64,000 nucleotides of DNA from Camelus dromedarius (lineage: Eukaryota), in NCBI RefSeq assembly GCF_036321535.1, contig NC_087437.1, positions 71,178,001 through 71,242,000 on the forward strand, read 5' to 3'. The notes under the pieces are model-generated. The model saw only the letters and a program-made list of their open reading frames with translations, was not told the DNA's origin and searched no databases. This document shows positions 60,501 to 64,000 of this stretch, piece by piece. Made by a program: the position numbers and the translations under genes. Within the stretch, counting starts at the first letter, position 1, and each line of letters begins with the position of its first letter.

Positions 60501-63500
60501 AAAATTATACCCAAATATTAAAAATAATTGCAACAGAAGGCAATAGAAACTTAAGGGTGACATAGACTTGGCTATCATACTTTACAGTCTTCCAAACAAC
60601 TTTTTAAAAATAGAAATTCTTAGGTCCCATCTTCTGAGAGTGACAGATCATCACTAAATGGAAGAGAGCATTTTTTCAGTTAGAGGGAAAACTGGTAAAC
60701 CAGCACATATGTGGACTCACCTGGCTAGCCTAGAGGTGGGGAGGCTGAATTGAAAGGGACTATCAGATAGTCCCCATTCCTAGCACTCCTGATTTCAGCA
60801 TGCTTTAGGGCAGTCATGTTTGACTGTCCTTCCCTCTGTGCTCACCTGGGTACCCAAGAGAGAGTCTAGAAATGCATGACATCTAAAGCTGATAAAGCTC
60901 CTGTTATGTCTACCAGAGAGGCAGGAGGACCATTCTTGCATTGGCGACTCACTTTAAAACTCTTTCAAACAGAATTGTGTGATCTTCCACTTTTTCCCTG
61001 GGAGCTACCTGGTGCATTACTGAATGCATTATTAACTTATTCATTACTATTCCTGCTGAACCTGCTCATCCCAAATGCAGCTGTTTGCATCATTGCTATT
61101 TTTATGTCCTGCATCAGATTTCAGCATTCAATAAGATCACTCGTATGTGGTTATTTATCATTTCTCAGTTCCTTTTAAAAAACTCAAGACCCTTTTTAGA
61201 TATCTAGTAATCTTGTCCTAAGATAGTGTTATTGCCTTACACATGAATTTGTTTTATACTTCATGCTTCTTTTTTAATTTAATTACATCTTTAAAAACAA
61301 AATCCTGTAGGATAGTCTTGTTGTTGTTGTTAGGGTGACACCGTTAATGAGGAGTTATCTTAGAAACTTTCGGTTGCTTGCCCAGTGTCCCGTACCTAGT
61401 TAGTGTTCTTCTGACTACTGTGTTTTAGAATGTACATCAGTAACTAAGTACCATTTGAGGTGTTAAGTCTAAGCAGCATGGTTAATATTTAAATTCCTAT
61501 TTAAACCTATTATATTTTATAGTCTTAGTTCTTTAGAGGCTGCCTTTCTCTGCATTGTAATGATCAATTTATATATTCTTGCCAGAAATTCCCCAATTTC
61601 AGCTTGGAAACATACTAGGGCAGGATGTTTTCCATAAAGGAACACTGTTCTTCATTTTATGATTATGTGAGAACTGTGGAACCGTTTCCTTGGGTTAGCA
61701 TACCCAAATAAATCATGTCTGACTGAGCTTTTAAGAAATTTTAAGTGGTTTTTCACTTTCAGAATTATGTATGTTTTTAGTGCCATCATTTAAAAAGTGC
61801 AGAAGTTGGCTTATCTGGAATATTGCCACTCTGCTGAAGTGTACCGCAAAGGAGCAGGAGTACAACCAGTCTTGTCTCTGGATCCCTAACTTCTGTGTTT
61901 CTACCCTTCCCACAAACATAGGTATCTTATGCACATCTTCAAATCCCCTACGTAATCATTATAGAGAGGGCTCTAACCTCGATGATGAACATACATTTTT
62001 TTTAACTATTTAGTCTTCTTGTTATATTTACAGAAATATTTTTCTCTTTTCATACTGTCCAAATAATCCTCTCCTTGACAGTCAAAACCCCAGTGCATCT
62101 TTTGGCTGTTTACACTGTGAAAACATGAAATTAACACATCCGGTAAATTTCATACTCCTTCTTCCTAAGCAGATTGATATAAATCAAATTTCACATTAAT
62201 CAGACAGAGCAACATACATCTTCTAGCCTGTGGAAATTTATGATTTCCACTTACTTGAGTAAAATGCTGTAGGGCTTTTTTGTTTGTTTCACCATTTAAA
62301 CATTGATATTTTTGGAGCTTTGTTCTTACTTGCATTGCTACCTGATTATTGTTCTGTTTCTTGTAAAATTTTTATTTTAAGGTTGTTCAGTCTCAGATAC
62401 TTTCTTTTTCTCCATCAAAGTAAAATATTATATATAAATGTTAATTACCGCCTATATTGTGTTTTTATTATAAAAACCATCAGTCAATCACCAAGTATTT
62501 ATTGAGTACCTATCATTGCATTAGAAAGAAGCACTTATATATAATGAGGTATACTGTTGGCAGAATTGCTCCTAGTGTTTATCCTGAATTTCATTATTTC
62601 AGTTGACACTACTCTCACTAATTGTTTCACCCATCTCCTCTGACATAGGTTAAATTCTGTGACTCCAGAGTAGCCTCTTTCGACTTAAGGGTTTTAACTC
62701 ATTAACGGATCCTAAAATCAGGCTCAAGATGAGGTGTATTTTTTAAAAAATAAAATAGATTAGAAAAGACATATCAGAGTACATCTCTGGTAGTAAGGGT
62801 AAACACTGTTTGGTGAAACTTTTGTTTCAATTATATATACTTTTGTTTCATACACACACACAGATACCCATATAAACTTATATTCAGCCATAGAGTAGTA
62901 CTTTTTTTTTTACTGTAAGTGCCACTCAAAAAGGGTTTAAAAGTCACTTAAGCTTTTAAGAATTGTAGAAATGTTCTCCTGACTTATTGACTTAAGAACG
63001 TTGTAATTTTTTATATGATCCTCAAAATTTCATGAGCTAAGAATTACATATGTTGAACAGAAATGGATATGCAAATAGTGTTATAGAGAACTTATTCAAG
63101 TCACCTTTACAAGATAAAATCAAGTAGGTGTCTAAACAATATTAGACTTTAAACCTCAAAACTGACCCCTGATGTGACATAAGTTCCAAGCTCTACTGCT
63201 CACTTCTTCAGAGATGATAATCATCCACTTACAGAATGATCTCAGAGACGTCTACTCTTGAATTCTCAGCTGGTACCACAAAAATCTCCTAATGGAGAGT
63301 CCCTTCAGGAGGGGAATGTAGCAGGTTGTTCCCAGCTCGATAATCAGTCATGTCCCCTAACATCATGAAATTTCCAGGAATCAAAAGGGGGTCTTCCTTA
63401 GGAAGAAAGTGAACCAGACTGCCTACTAGACTGTGATTGAGTTCCATGAGAGCAAGTGCCTTGTGTATGTTCTTCTCACATTTCTAGTGTTTAGTATCTT

Positions 63501-64000
63501 CATAAGGCAGTCCTTCATTCATTCAGTTTGTGGCTTTGGTAAATGAGTTCTTCTCTTTAGAGATTCTTTCTCTGATGAAGTCCTTCTTTGAAAAATCTAC
63601 CCTCATAATTTCATGTTGATTTGTATAAGTCTTATACTTACTTAACAAGTGAATTGTCAGTAATTAATTTTCATTCCTTTCTTTTTCTTGCAAACCTTTG
63701 TCTTCCTTAATTTGCAAGTATAGCTGAATGTCTCCCTCATGCATTCATATTTTTAAGAGTAGTTGTCTGTATACCTATTATTTCTGCTCCTTCCCCTCTA
63801 AAAGGTCTCAGAAACTGTTTTATGGTAATCAAACATTTTAATATGCCTTTGTGATGTGATAGACCAAAACAGTCACTCCTTCTGAGGCAATGCCTTGAGG
63901 TGCCAATGCCTTCTATGAGCAGACCCTTTGCATTAGGGAATTTTATAAAACGATTCCTCTGAGCTTAAAAAAAAAAAAAGGGATAAGCTGGAGTTAAGAT

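Noticed and set aside
56293..64000. Further CCDC191 exon expected after ...LREENR
   Set aside because: No segment with a matching phase-2 acceptor and the expected coiled-coil continuation was recognised; it is presumably beyond the window.

Overview
Mammalian genomic DNA, very probably camelid, because it carries five copies of the tRNA-derived Vic-1-type SINE. The window holds a head-to-head gene pair sharing a small CpG-island promoter at about 22.7-23.6 kb. On the minus strand is the complete QTRT2/QTRTD1 coding sequence (accessory subunit of queuine tRNA-ribosyltransferase). Its 8 coding exons (18179 to 3548) total 1248 nt = 415 aa + stop, and the frame only closes if one intron uses a GC donor. 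On the plus strand are the first 8 coding exons of CCDC191/KIAA1407 (23286 to 56292, 388 codons + 2 nt), and the gene continues past the window. The rest is intron or flank filled with ordinary mammalian repeats (L1, L2, MIR, CR1/L3, MER DNA transposons, one solo LTR, SINEs, microsatellites). Almost all ORFs in the supplied track are spurious. I see no CRISPR, no prokaryotic-type system and no convincing new gene system. The best leads are regulatory and splicing features: a non-consensus GC-AG intron, an in-frame 54-nt candidate cassette exon in QTRT2, uORFs in the predicted QTRT2 leader, and a promoter with an RFX X-box plus divergent ZNF143 motifs. Others are candidate recursive splice sites, inverted SINE pairs, a perfect 20-bp hairpin and an internally deleted L1 with an intact target-site duplication. 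Gene and repeat names come from recalled sequences, not database searches, and the boundaries of old repeats are approximate.
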